Assembly (NCBI GenBank): GCA_025603075.1
Contig: MU626315.1
Location: 47,840 to 111,839, forward strand
DNA: 64,000 bases
Source: Neoconidiobolus thromboides FSU 785
Lineage: Eukaryota > Fungi > Entomophthoromycota
Reading direction: 5' to 3'
A program made the translations under genes and the position numbers. Below the pieces are notes generated by a model. It did not search any database, was not told the origin of the DNA, and saw only the letters and a list, made by a program, of their open reading frames with translations. Of the stretch, positions 1 through 13,921 are shown piece by piece; within the stretch, counting starts at the first letter, position 1; every line of letters starts with the position of its first letter.

Positions 1-1
1 C

Positions 2-253
2 CAAATTATAGTACAATATTTCAATCCAGAAACAAAGATTGGGCTACTAAGAACGAACAGAGAGAATGAAAAGATGGTATGTGCATCTTTGACGTTGCTC
101 AATGAAATCAAAGGGACCAAGTGCTGCTTTACTGTGCTTAAAACTACAGCTACAATCAAAAAACTTATGCATGCCAGTATTAAGAGAGATAAAAAGTTAT
201 TATTATTAATTCATAAGTTCAAGTATCAAGAGTTGATTGAAGAAGAGGAATAA
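2..253 (+). CDS. POP5: RNase P/MRP subunit Pop5 (Rpp14/Pop5 family), 3' part; gene begins before the window
   Basis: Frame 2 reads QIIVQYFNPETKIGLLRTNRENEKMVCASLTLLNEIKGTKCCFTVLKTTATIKKL...EEEE* (TAA 251-253), matching the Pop5 pattern YFNP.T..G..R...V.A.LTL...TIKK. Not in the ORF track because it has no start codon. Confidence 0.8.
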   Translation, partial: QIIVQYFNPETKIGLLRTNRENEKMVCASLTLLNEIKGTKCCFTVLKTTATIKKLMHASIKRDKKLLLLIHKFKYQELIEEEE

Positions 254-1354
254 AAAATACATGAGAAAGATCATAGAATAAAGACAATGAAAAGGAGAAT
301 TGGCTTATTATTTAAACTACACCTTTTGAGCTTTTATATAAGTAGGTTTATTTCTATATATTATACTTTTTAATGTGATTCAAATCCCTATATAATTAAA
401 TTGAATAATCATACATTAGCTACTTTTACCTATCAAAGCTAAAAATATTCCAATATGAGGGGCCATTTGTTCAAGATATAGATAAAATGACCCCTAATTA
501 CAAAAAGCTTTCAATAGTAACTATTAAGCAAATATAAGCAGACTTATTCTATTTTATTTAAAGCATATGGTTAAAAAGTAACAAATAGTTTTGATGCAAA
601 TTAAAATATACAATTTGTTAGCTTTAGCTTTTATACTCAGGTAATTGTTTGATAGTAACTTTGAAGTGAATTAAAGTTTATAATCAAAAGGTATTTTCAT
701 TTATAAACTTTAAATGTATAGTACTCTAAACAGCAAGTAATTTCAAAATCTAAACTTAATAAGCAGATGGTAGTGTATTAATAATTGAATAAATAGATCA
801 TTTATTTAAAATAACCAGACAATTTTTGTTACGATTTTTTTAATAGTAACTCAGAATTACTCGGATCCAAAGCAGGTTAAGTCAAGAGTTCAACTGAAAA
901 TAGTCAATTATTATAGTGTAGCTTTTCTAAATAAGGAAGCAACTGTTATTTTTATTATTCTATCAAATCTGTAGCTTTAAAACCCGTATTTATATTATTT
1001 TTTAGGGATAAGTATTTTTACAACATACTAGAGCTTAAACTGTACACACATTCTATCTAAACATTAAACCAGCTAAAAACTATGATATACAATCAAGGAT
1101 TTAATTTGATTTATTGTTCAGAGATTTGGACCAATCATGTTGGTAAAATATGTTTAAGGATAAATTAAGTGTTGGATTGCAATGATGACATCATAATCAA
1201 AGGAATCAATCAATCAGTGTAAAAAGACAAACAGACTCTGTGGTTGGACAGAAACAATTACCTATTTTTAATCTTCATTATCCTTTTATTGCGTAATTCA
1301 AATAGTATTTATTTTTCAAAATGATATATATGACACTAACCTTTTTTGAAAGCC

Positions 1355-2021
1355 ATGAATCCTAATAAGCCTAACGCCAGAAGGCTAGTCAAAATCGCAC
1401 CAAATAACATGGTCACTTCAAGTATTAGAAATGGAAGCGAATTTTCTTCAAAGCTGGCCTCAGAAAGTGACGGTCAGTATCGTCGTATTGCTCCCAATAA
1501 TATATTTTTACCCCCGATTTATAATATACCAGTCATAGACCAAGTGCGCTGTATTGTAAGAAACTGTAATAAGTCTTATGACGATAACTCACGTCTATTT
1601 ACACACTTAAAAGCAAAACATATATTACCAGATAACGGTACCTGTGCCTGTGTGTGTCCAAAATGTGGCTTAGAAGAAGATCAAGTGCCATTATTATTCT
1701 ATCAGAATCATTTTAAAATTCATTCAAAAAGACCGCCATCAATACGGAATCGAATGAATAGGTACTTATAATTCTAAAATCTTAAGTTTAAGCTAACTTT
1801 TAATAAGAAAAAGAAAGAGTAAGGAGGAGGTAAAGCCAGATATATTAAGAGAAAAGGATAGTTTGCCAACCCTAAGCTCAATAATGAAACCAAATGAAGT
1901 AGAGGAGGATAATATAGCAGAAGAGACACTAAATAAAGAGTTAAATTCATTGAAAACAAAAGAAGAAGACGAAGAAGATCCCTTTCAATATATAACAAAT
2001 ATACCTACAGGGGATTTTTAA
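1355..2021 (+). CDS. C2H2-type zinc-finger protein, two exons (1355..1761, 1808..2021)
   Basis: CIVRNCNKSYDDNSRLFTHLKAKH finger plus a second CPKC...HFKIH finger. GT at 1762, GCTAAC branch site and AG at 1806-1807 splice in frame to an acidic tail RKRKSKEEVKP...PTGDF*. Confidence 0.7.
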
Positions 2022-3061
2022 ATTATGTAGATATAATGAAAAAGTTTGGTACTTTTTATCTCTTATTAACTGTAATTTTATTTAAGAACATCTCTTTAAA
2101 AAAACTATTTCTATTTTGAACCTTAACCTTTTAATAAAATTTTATCAACTATCTATAATTGATTGTGCTTGTTTGACAAATTTTTAAAACTTATTGGTTA
2201 TTTGGAAAAAGGTATATAGGAATCATTCTCAATGCCTTGTCTTTAATTTAGACTTGGAATGCTTTGCTAATAAATAAAATGTAAATACTTTCAACCATTC
2301 TCCTTCATCTTCCAATCTAACTTAATTATTTTTTCCCAGATTAAGGGTTAAAATTGTTTCGTCATTCATGTAATTTTATGTTTAAAATTCAGTCTTAAAA
2401 AGACTATTTTTTAAAATTTGGTAAATTAACTTTTGAGCCAATAATATTTACTAAATTGATTTGATATAGAACTACTTTTAGGCTTATTATAATCCTTTTG
2501 GTTTTATTAAGCTAAGTTGAGATTATACTTGTTAAGCGAAAATATCTGTGCAGTCTTCAAAATGTGTCTTTAAATCTATTTGGCTAAATTTTAGTGTACT
2601 TAATTTATATTGTACCATTATTAGCACATTGAAACTCTAAAGACTTTTAATTATCACAACTCTAAATTAATTGTAATATAAAATTTATTAAATTTAAATA
2701 TTGAGACACACTAATGAATTTTTAATATTTCAAAGTTATAATTTTTCAAGAATAAACTAATTTCTTAAACTTTGTGTTAAAAAACATGAAAATAACAATT
2801 TATAACTAAAGTATATTTTGAAGTAAACGCCAAAGCTACATATAAAAAATTAGCATCGTTCCTATCTAAAAAAACATACAACTGGATATTTTATGCTCAT
2901 TATTATTGGCAATAAAACAAAAAGTTTATTTGCTTGGAACAACATGAACTTAACATACATACTATCCTTCAATAATATAGAAAAGTAATGATATTAGGAA
3001 ACCAAAAGCAGTAGTGCCATAGAAACGTTGACTACCAGTATTTTTCAAGTAAAATCCTACT

Positions 3062-6000
3062 TTAAAATCCCAATTCGTCAAAAAAATTAGGGTCATTAAT
3101 TTCTTCATTAATAAATTTGGCTATTTCTGGGTCTATCTCATCGTTTGTTTCAGTTGCTGTTGTATTGTTTTCTACCTTATTCTCAATAGTAGCATTATTG
3201 GATTTAGTATGATTGTAAGCATCATTCAAGCCTTTCTCTTCTGCAATACTATCGTGATTATAACTATTATTATTCATATCAAGCGCAGTAGCCTTAATAG
3301 AATTCTTGATAGATTTAGGAGTAATAGATTCAAACAAATAAGGATCGAGTCGTAGTTGCTTCATGAAATAATCCATTAAACTTTGAATAAAAGTTTTTAA
3401 AGAGCCAAAATAATTTAGCTTTGAAGGAAGGGTACCAACTAACCTCTTATAATTGTCTCTCTCAATAGAATCCTCTAAGACGTCTATATCAGTACCACTT
3501 ACCTTGCTCAGTTTATACTCTTTTTCCATCTCATTTATTAGCTCAAGAATCGTGTATAATGAATGTAAATAAGAGATTCTAAAAAACATTTTATAATCAC
3601 TGGGATCTAACAAAATATAACTAAACAGAGTAACAATGGGTCGCAACCTTGAGTTGATCCTCGAATGTGAATAAGTTTGTTTTATGAAAAACCTGACTGG
3701 CTGGATACTGTTAGTTATAATCTCTAGTTCGATTATATGGGATTTTATTATACTGTCATTACAATAATTCTAAATAGCCAATTAATGTATTATTAGTATT
3801 GTTGTTTTATTTACCTTAATATATCTTTGAAATGTAATTACTCGATCATCATACTCTTCTTCTTCGCTATTTTTTTCACTCTCACTTTCATTACCATTTA
3901 TTCTCTTATTCTCACTTTGAGTTTCATTATTTTCAAGGTCATAGGACAGTATAAGCTCGTCAGGATTCAATAGATTCATTTTCTGATTAAAATCATCTTC
4001 TAGTTGATCTAATTTACTTTTTTTGTTACCTTGATTTTTTCTACTTCTAATCCTCTTCTTTTTAGCTGTAATACTTGTCTGAGTCTTGAAAAAAGCCTTA
4101 ACCATCCTATTCATTACATAAGTGAATTCGATTAAACTACTTGAAATGGAGGGATGAAAATAAACATTATATAAGTCATGTACTGGTTTTAATAAAGCAT
4201 AATCATATATAAAATTATGAATGTGATGTTCTGCCACTTGTACTAGTTTTTCATTTTCATTTTCATTTTTTATTGGGTCTAATCTACTCATTTCATACAT
4301 CAAAGCAATCCATGCTTGTAAACCATTTAAACAAAAGTTTAATACCTTGTATTGCTTTGCTGCTTTAAATTCATTAATGTTGTTAATGAAATAATGGTAT
4401 AATCCTTCCTTATTGATTAATGAAATGGACTTATTAATTAATTTATATTCTCCTTTAATAAGATATTGTCGGATTAAATTGATGCAATTAGTTAATAGAA
4501 TTAGCTGCTTTACTTTATCATCCATGTTGTGATTTATCTTTTTTTGACTTAAATCAAATAACATGTTGGCCACATTGGCGCAATACTTATATAAGAAATC
4601 TATTAATATTGTTTTACATTCATCCTTTTGAACTTCATAAACAATAATAGAATCTACCTTTAATAAATACTTTTTATTATGCCCATCTTTTCCGGTGATT
4701 GGCAATAACTTTAATACATGCCCTACATTGTGAAATTTAAATGATGCTAATTCTCTTCCAGTAGGTATCTTATGGATATAATCTTTAGGTTGAGTGAAAT
4801 AACTCTGAACTTTTCCTCCAAAAATAGTTTTATTATCGTCCTTCTTAATAGTGTTATCGGTTGTGCTGTTGTTATTATTTTTGAGTAGATTATTCATGTA
4901 GTTGTTATCTAAATTAAATACATGCAATTTTTGCTTGGACCCATTTAGTAGTAGATTAGTTCCACCGAATCTAGAATGCCTTGTGTTTTGTAAATGGAGC
5001 TCATTTAATGCTTTAATATTGAATTCTTTAAGTTCCTGTTTAATTTTATCAGCAGTTTTTTTCTAGAATATAAATTAAATCATTTCTCTAAATAATGAAT
5101 GAAATAGTGTTACCTCAATTCCACCATTATCAGTAATACTAGATATTAAATGTTGCATATCTACATATTTGAAAATGGAATAAACAAGATCAGAATAGAG
5201 ATAAAACAGTGACTGAAACTTTGCGAGATTTAAAAATTTAGAAAAGTAGATTAAATAATCAAAGATAAGCAATTTTTTCATTGTAATGAAAAGCTCTTCA
5301 TTGAGCTTAGGGACGCTCAAAAGTGATTTCAGCATGGTGAATGTAATAAATAAAAAGTGTTCATCTTCTGGGCTTACTTTTTCCTGACGAGTAATTTGAT
5401 TGACTTTAATCATACTTCTTCGAATGATCCATGGGTTTTTTAGTATCTCTTTCTTATACCTAATCAAGTGTTCATTGTACTCTTGAATATTTAACTCAAG
5501 ACTGCTCTTTATTTCTACTTCCTCCTCACTTTCTTCATCTTCGGTTACAAGATCATAACCTCCATCCAACTCCATCTCTCCTTCGCTAGCTGAACCTCGA
5601 TCTACATCACTAAAATAGTCCTCTTGCTTGCCACTTTCTTTATTCTCCTTTCTCATCTCCTGTTCTTCTCTCAAAAAATTGTAGAAGCAATTAACAAAGG
5701 GTTTATCTTTAATTGGAGTCAATAAATAAACGATTAACTCATCTAAATTATAAGAACAAAATTTAATTTAATAGAAGGTATTCTAATAGTAGCTTACAGC
5801 AAACCCTTCCAATGCTATCATTATCAAGACTTGAGTTTAACTCTAATATAGGGATCAAATCTTTTGTCAATGTATCCCATCGGGCCAAAGAAAACCGAGT
5901 TATTTGGTTACTATCACTTTCCTCATTTCTTAACATTCTTTTTAAGTCTTTAAGACACTCTACAAAATAAACACACTTAACACTTTATTGGAGAAATTCA

Positions 6001-6220
6001 AACAGCCATTACCTATACACTCATCTCCCTCGACATAAACCAAATCTCCTTCAATTGCCTGACTATCTTTAGATAGCGCTCTAGGACCATCTTTTAGGTT
6101 ACATCCCTCCTTATTATCATCTCCTCTATTATCATCGCCAGGGTTTCCTTTTTCCCTCTTTTGGTATCCACCAAGTGCCGCTACCACACTATGTAGATAC
6201 TCTTGGTAGCCTTTATTCAT
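3062..6220 (-). CDS. TOF1: Timeless/Tof1/Swi1 family replication-fork protection protein, multi-exon
   Basis: After splicing intron 5960..6012 the N-terminus reads MNKGYQEYLHSVVAALGGYQ...VYVEGDECIECLKDLKRMLRNEE...RFSLARWDTLTKDLIPIL, the Timeless N-terminal pattern. ORF-track segments 5075-5722, 3782-4927 and 3062-3646 are the downstream exons. Confidence 0.75.
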
Positions 6221-6794
6221 TTTTTTACAAAAATAGTTCACTCATTTTATCAAGGTTTCTTTTATAATTTGTTTAGTTTAATGTATTGGCTCTAATCTTT
6301 TTAGCTTTTGAAAACGCGCATTTGGCTACTACCAATTAAAATGCCTTTACTGCTGTTAGCTTTTATGAATTGTTACTGGAAATTGTATGGGATTTGAGCC
6401 AATGATATTTTAGAGGATAGAAGCAAATCATATTATATAAATGAATTGGTTTTGTTTTCAGATGATTGTTGCTAATATCGAAAGCCCATCTTCTAGTTTA
6501 ATATACTTTTGCAGAAAAATCTGCAGTTTAAAATTGAATGGGGATTAATTTATCACCCCAATTAATATTGCAAAATTGTGCTACTTTTCTCATCTTCAAT
6601 CTTATTGAAGTTTAAAACTGTGACTGTTAATAAACCTTCTAATCAGGTGACTATTATTAATAGATGAGCAAATCATTCCTCACTATTCTCAAGTATTTTG
6701 GCTAAATAAAAGCACTATAAAAAACAAGAATGACGTACAAAAAGAGAAAAAGGAATCTAATATTTTATTTTATTTTATTTTATTTCTATTTTAA

Positions 6795-8057
6795 ATGAAG
6801 CCACAAGTCGTAAATTTATTAAGATTAACCAGAGGTATAAGAAGAGTTGCTTTAAGCCCAAGAAGTTTACATTCAGCTGCATTTCAACCTAGCTTGAAAC
6901 TCAGAGAGGAGGGAAAGGATGACAAAAAAGGGAAGGGGATCTTGAGCTCCATTTTACATGGGTCGCAACAAGGTCCTAGTATCATCGAGCAAGAAAAAAA
7001 TACGTTTTCTAAAATGTTGGCAAGGGGGAAGTATGTGCATCAGATTGAAAGTAAGTCTGATTTTCATATTATTTTTTAATATTAAAATTTGTTAGTGCAC
7101 CATATAAAGCCTGAGGCTCAAGAAGATTATGCTAAGCTACTGTAGGTATAAAGTTATTTATAAAGTTTTAGCTTTACTTAGAATTTATAGTGGAAGCTTT
7201 TACCCCAAGCATCTCAAAAATTATGGCAATGAAGGATTAAAACTTTGTGGAAGTTGGCTTTCAGAAATTGGAGAGTTGGATAAAGCAGGTAACACCTTTT
7301 TATCATCAATTTGGAAATTATTAACAGCTCGAAAAAGTTCATATCTGGGAATACGATGGATACGCTGCATATGATAAGATCAATGCTAAACTTGCAGAGG
7401 ACTCTGTAAGATTCTGTTTATGTAAATATTTTTTTAAATTTAGCTATTTAGAATTATCAAAGTTATCAAAAAGAATTGCGTCCAATGTTGAATAAGAGGG
7501 AAAATCAATTTTGTTTGGAGTTTGCCTTTTGGGCTACTTCAGCACCAAAATTTCATGGAGGAATTTATGAGCTTAGATCCTATCTTTTGAAAGTATTATT
7601 ATTCAATTTTCTTTTAACTGAGTTAAACTTATATTTATAATAGCCTGGTCGCCTTTTAGAATGGGAGCAAAATTGGTAAGCAAATCAGTTAATATATGTA
7701 GGGCAACTTATTTTATTTAGGAAAGTCGGGCTAGAATGTCGTCGTCAATTTACCGAACCGGTTGGGGCTTGGTTCTCTCAATTAGGGGATTTGAATTATG
7801 TTCATCATATGTGGGTTTATCCGTAAATTTTTTCAGTTTCATTTCTTTTTGATATTAACTTATTTAGTAATTTACAACAACGTAAAGCCACACGTGAAGA
7901 AGCATGGAAAGTGGATGGGTGGTCTGAGACGGTGTATAATACAGGTAGATTTATTATAAATGTGTAGAATTTGTGCTTATTTTTATTTTTAGTTCGTTTA
8001 ATTGAACGTATGCAATCCACTATCCTAGTTCCCATGGATCATTCCCCTCTCAAATAG
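6795..8057 (+). CDS. NIPSNAP: NIPSNAP family mitochondrial protein, multi-exon
   Basis: Basic presequence-like N-terminus, then SKMLARGKYVHQIE, LCGSWLSEIGELDKA.HIWEYDGY, GIYELRSYLLKPGRLLEWEQNW, VGAWFSQLGDLNYVHHMW and ...TILVPMDHSPLK* (TAG 8055-8057). Confidence 0.93.
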
Positions 8058-8527
8058 TGGGTCATTACCAGCTAATTTCTTCGGCTCTATCAGTTTTGAG
8101 TGGAGATAGATAAAATAATAAACTTTTATTCTTTTTTAGTTTATGAAATATAAGCCTTTCTTTTAAATTTATTGTTATTGTTATTGTATGTTTTCGCTAT
8201 TTGAATAAATTGAATTTTATTAATATGGTTTGATTTATAGTTTAAACTTATTTTTATCATTTGACATTATAAATACAATCATCATCTACAAGTCAAGTAG
8301 ATATACTTTAGCTCAATTTTAATCAAATTTTAATAGATAATAATAATGATATTCCGCAAAATAAATCCTAAATACATTACATTTGTGTTTAATCAGAAAT
8401 ATCACCTAATAACTATATCAATAAAAGTAATGATTAAAAACACACTAATTAAGCTTTATTAAGCAATAAATAAAACGCAATCTATATATAAAACCCAAAA
8501 TTTCAACTTAGCATCTCTATTAAAAGT

Positions 8528-9448
8528 CTACTTCTTTTTAAGAAGCAAATTAATTGTCTGCATATCAACCTCAGCCCCTTTGCTAATTAGATGTTCGGCT
8601 AAAGGGAGGTGCCCATGCTTAATAGCTAATCTAACAGCTATGGGCACCAGTTTTGCGTTATATCTGATTAAAATATCAGCTAGTCCTTTATCACCAGACT
8701 GACAAGCAATGCGTATGGGTAGCGACTCTTTATAATCAGGATCTACCCCATTATCTAACAAGAGTTCTACTAAAGTATAGTTGGCCTTTTTACAAGCCAT
8801 AACAAGCCCAAATGGGCCATTTTTTTGAAGAGAAAGATTACGAAATAGTAGATTTTGTAGTAAAGCCATTTTACTTTCGATGTTAAAATCAAGCTGGAAG
8901 ATATGCTTTGGAATTGATAGCTCAGTATAATTGATGACATGGGTCTCCTGAATATTCAATATTCTCTTTTTTGTCGCATTTTGCTCAAAGTTAGAACTAG
9001 TTTGCTCACGGCTTCGTTTATTATTGGCAGTCAAGATCGAATCATCCTTTGTATCACTTTTTTTATTTTTGTTTGCCTCTCCTTTTTCAAAGTCGGTCAG
9101 TTTTGAGTTCTCTAAAGTTTTGGCCTTTCCATCCTTATTTTTCTCAGTCAATCTGCTCATTAATATCTCAACTGAAATCTTGGGTTCATTACCCTGGATT
9201 AGCCTTTTTTCCAGTATTTCCAAAACTTTAGTGTTAAAAAAGGGCCATCTAATCCCTTTTTCGATAGCTGTTGAAACACAATTGTTGTACCTATTTAGCA
9301 GCCACTCACAACGCGTAGTTGGGTTCAATGAGAGCAACATGAATATTCTACTAACTTGGGGAAAGCTTGGATTGTTACTTTCTACAAAAACGCGCTCTAA
9401 TAATTCGGTTGGAAGTTCGTTCAATGATCTTTCGGGTGAGTCTTTCAT
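8528..9448 (-). CDS. Ankyrin-repeat protein with F-box-like N-terminus
   Basis: 306-aa intronless ORF. C-terminal ankyrin repeats (LVMACKKANYTLVELLLDNGVD, IRIACQSGDKGLADILIRYNA, VRLAIKHGHLPLAEHLISKGAEV); N-terminal LNELPTELLERVF resembles an F-box start. Confidence 0.8.
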   Translation of the reverse strand: MKDSPERSLNELPTELLERVFVESNNPSFPQVSRIFMLLSLNPTTRCEWLLNRYNNCVSTAIEKGIRWPFFNTKVLEILEKRLIQGNEPKISVEILMSRLTEKNKDGKAKTLENSKLTDFEKGEANKNKKSDTKDDSILTANNKRSREQTSSNFEQNATKKRILNIQETHVINYTELSIPKHIFQLDFNIESKMALLQNLLFRNLSLQKNGPFGLVMACKKANYTLVELLLDNGVDPDYKESLPIRIACQSGDKGLADILIRYNAKLVPIAVRLAIKHGHLPLAEHLISKGAEVDMQTINLLLKKK

Positions 9449-9997
9449 TATTACTAATCAGAATAAGCAAGGTTAAACTTGTAATTTACGTGATATAATT
9501 TGTAGCAACAAATTTTATCAAATTAAGTATTTATGGGACCTGTTTTAAAAATCAAAGAAATTATACTGATTTTAAATTACTCTTAAATAAAATCGAAAAC
9601 GAAACTTAGTAATTTTGTTAGTAAAGCGGCATTTGATATTAAAATACTTACCCAGAGCTTTCAATATTCAATTTTTTTATGACTATTAATAATGCCATCA
9701 TCACATAAGCTCATCTCACATTAAATTGAAACTATTTAGGGCATTGCCTAATTAGGGAAACGCAAACTTTAGATACCGAAAGTTGGATGGGTCACTTTTT
9801 GCTTGGTGAGTTGAAAGTCAACAAACTTTTTTATAAAAATTTTAAAGGATTCTAGTACTAATTAACAAACTAGGATTTTTATCTTATCATTAGAGCTTCA
9901 AGAATAATAAACAAAGAGATTGTTCAGTTTCAATAAACATCTTTTAAATCTTATTAATTTAACTTAAGTTTTATTTTGTTACCTTTGAAAAAAATAA

Positions 9998-12900
9998 ATG
10001 GAGCAGTTTGAACAAGCTATTCAAGCTTGGGTAAACCCAACCATCTCTGGGGATATCAAACTTCAAGTAAATAGTTATTTTAAATTTAGAACTCAAAAAA
10101 ACTAATTTTTTAAGGCAAAACAATACCTTGATGAAATTAAAACCTCCCCTCAAGGTTGGCAACTTGGCTTAGAGCTTTTTCTAAGGCAACCAAAGAGGTA
10201 AGTAGCTAATTTTCAACATTTTAATTGGTTTTGTTTTAAATAATTTAGTTTCCCAGAAGCACGACTATTTTCCTTGCAAATTCTAGATTACTCGTTTAAT
10301 TATAGGTATAAAACAGTAAAATGAATTATTTATTTTTAATATTATTTTTAGATACAAAGAGTTATCCTTGGAACAAGCATTACTAATCAAAGATAATTTT
10401 TGGAAGTATATAACATCAACTTACTTAAATGAAAGTGAGGAGGAACCGATTTGTATGTTTAACTATTGCTTATAAATAAAATACTTATTTTTTTTAAAAA
10501 GATATGAGAACAAAAATGGCTACAACCCTTTCTACCATCTTTCGCCGACTCTACTTACAACATTGGAGAAGCTTTTTTGATGAACTTATTAATGTATTAA
10601 GTCATGACTCGAGTACAAAAGCCACCGACTTTTTCTTGAGAGTTATTAAAGCTATTGATGAAGAAGTAGTTAATCCAACGGCCATCATTAACAAGGAAGA
10701 AATTGCTTTAAATACTGATCTGGTAAGGTTCACATATCTGTTTCTTAAAAAAAATAAGCCTTAAAAAAGAGTATAGAAAGATTATATGCGAGAAAGAGAC
10801 ATTACTAATTTAGTTGCAGTCTGGAATAAAATTATCGTTGGATATCAAAATAGTGAAGTTGAGTTTTCAGCCATGGCTCTAGAAATTATGGGAGCGTTCG
10901 TAGGTAAATTTAGCCTTTCTTTAACTTAAACATGCTTATTTTTATTTAGACTGGATTGATATTGGTTTGGTTGTAACAGAACCTTTTATGAACTTACTTT
11001 ATCAATTTATAAGATCCTCGAAGCAAACAATTAGTTCGCTTACTTTGAGAAATACAGCATGCGACTGCTTTAATTCAGTAAATTTATTTTTATCTACAAG
11101 ATACTTTATTCATTTGTTTAGATCATTTCAAAAGGAATGAAGAGTAAAGAGAAATATCAAATGCTTCAAATGTTTAATACCGTGGAGCTTATTTCGAACC
11201 TTCCATTAGATGATGCTGAATATGTTATTCATGTTGCTAGACTCACTAATAAGGTTGGACTGGAATATTTTATGATATGGAAAAATGTAATTAATATTTT
11301 ATTCTACTTTATTCAACTCACTAAAATCACTTTTTGTAGTCTGAGCAAGATTCTGAGCTTCAAAGTAATATAAATATATCATACTCTTTGTTTCTGTACT
11401 AACATTTGTAGTAAATGCTTATAACCAACTATACCAATTGATGTCGTTAATTCTTAAGTTTATGGGAAATGATGATAAAGAAATATCTATCACAGTATTT
11501 CCAATTGTGAATGAGATGATAAACTTAGTAAATTTAATCCTAGCTATATAAAATCCAATTAACAAAATATAGTTAAAACAACAAACTTCGAAAATGAAAC
11601 GCCCCCTTGATGAATCTCAAAACTCCCTTTTTTCTGAATTATTAAAGACCATTATCAGTAGACTCAAATATCCCGAGGATTTTGAATGGGACGAAGAGGA
11701 TGAAGAGGATGAGGAAGATAATTTCAGTACAATGAGAAAGGTAATTTATACTATTGTTATTGTTATCATTTATTAATTATTTTTTAAAATAGAGTTTAAA
11801 CATCTTCTTTGATAACATGAGTTTTATAAATAAACCTTTGTTTGATGATTTAGTACATTCTGTTGTTACTTCTATTTTTGCAACCCAAAATTCAAACTTA
11901 GAATGGACAAAGATTGAGCTTGCCTTACGTATACTTTATCAATATGGCTCTACCAATAATAAATCACTTGTATTTTTAAATGATCCTAATAATTTAAATT
12001 CTCTTAACCACTTGGGTGATATGGTTTTTAAAATGGTTAAAAGCAGTAATTTAGTAATACTCTTTCATGAATTTATTAATCATTTTTAAGATGTTTTGAA
12101 TTGTTCCCACCCTTCATTAGCTCCGATCTTTTATGAAAATTGTGTTCGCTATTATCAATTTTTTGAGTTACGCCCAGACCTTATCCCAGATGTTTTATCT
12201 TGCTTCTTAGACCAAAGAGGTATCTATCATGAATCCAAATTTGTTCGTTGTAGAGTATGGTACTTATTCCTTCGCTTTGTTAAACTATTAAAGGAGCACA
12301 CAGCTAAGTTTATTCAAGAAGTAGTTCCATCACTTGAAAAAGTACTAGTTATTACGGCAGAACTTCCACCAAATTATAAACCAGATGTCCCATTAACATC
12401 TCAAGATATTTCTTCAACTACCTTTGATGCCCATCTTTACCTTTTTGAAGCTGTTACTACACTTCTAAATTATGCTTCAACTATGCCAAATGATCAAAAA
12501 GTAGAAGCCTTAAAGGTATATTTATTATGTTTAGTTGCACAATAACTTATGATTTAGATGGTCCTCACTCCATTAATTTCCGGTATACAACAAGGGATCA
12601 CCCAAGCGAAGGCTGGCCCAATCAACGACCCACTTGCTATCATCCAATTACACCATTTAATTATGGCTGTTGGTAGTGTATCTAAAGGTATTTTAGCACT
12701 TACTTTTGTTATTCATTCTAATCAAATACAGGTCTTCCGGATGTCCCAAAAAAGGATCATATAAATTTCCCATGGACTGACTTACTTGTACAATCTACAC
12801 AAATCATTTTGACTTTACTAGAGCTTACCAATCAATATAAAGTCATTCGGGATGCTGTAATATTTTTATATTTCTGTTATTGTATCAACTGAATATTTTT

Positions 12901-13921
12901 TAGGCAAGATTTACTTTTTCACGACTCCTTACTGCAACTGGGGCACCAATCTTACCCCTTCTTATTGATCTCATACGTGGTTTTGTATTAGCTTGTGAGC
13001 CTTCAGAGATGCTTGATTTTTTCCAATTTATGACTTTGCCTCTCCATATGTTTGAGGTAAGCAATTGTTCTTAATTATTATGTTTATACTAATATTAATT
13101 TAGAGTCAAATATTCCCTTTTGTAAATGAAATTTTAGGTCCTTTGCTTAATAAAGCATTTACCTTTTTAGATTATAATCCATCTGGAACAGATGATTACA
13201 TGCTTATGTTGAATCTACGTAAAGCATATGTTTCTTTCTTGGCTTCCTTAATAAATGCCAATTTAGATGGAGTCCTTTGCTCAGGAAGTAATAAGATTAT
13301 TATTATTATATTTATAACCAACTTATAATGCTATAGTGAACCAAAATAATCTTCCAAATATTTTAATGAGCTTGATCATGTTCTGTAAAGACAATAGTAA
13401 CGCACAAGTACAAAAAATGTCATTCAACATTTTATCTAAAATGATAACTTCATGGCTTATCAATGATCCATTGCAAAATCCATATACACGAGATACAATC
13501 GCGCCACAATTCAAAGAAAATTTTGTTGAGTTTACATTTCAAAATATAGTTCCTACCTCATTTGAAGTTCCATTATTAAAAAGCTTTGATCTCACCGATG
13601 GACAATTTGTTTTAGTAAGTTCACTAACAATAACATATAGTAATTATCTAATTCAACTTGTAGATCTTTGGAGAAATTACTGTAATCCATCAATTACTTT
13701 TGCGCGCCACCGGTACCCGATTTATCGACTACCTAACTAACCAATTTTTCCCCTCTATCAACTGCCCAGTACAAATACAACAAGAGTATTTAACTGTTTT
13801 ACAACAAGGAGATGCCAAAGCGTATCGTAAATATTTCCAAGTAATTTAATTTTAACTTTTATCTATTAGAAACTAATATAAATCTTAGAACTTTGTTTCT
13901 CAAGCCAAATCTTGGAATTGA
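9998..13921 (+). CDS. LOS1: Exportin-T (tRNA export karyopherin), many exons
   Basis: MEQFEQAIQAWVNP...YLDEIKTSPQGWQLGL, FLRVIKAIDEEVVNP, FYENCVRYYQFFELRPDLIPDVLSCFLDQRGIYH...VRCRVWYLFLRFVK, TFDAHLYLFEAV; ORF-track pieces 10504-13740 are its exons; the last exon ends at TGA 13919-13921. Confidence 0.92.

Noticed and set aside
2200-2400. Minus-strand coding-like fragment (RLEDEGEWLKVF)
   Set aside because: Multiple stops and no recognisable family.
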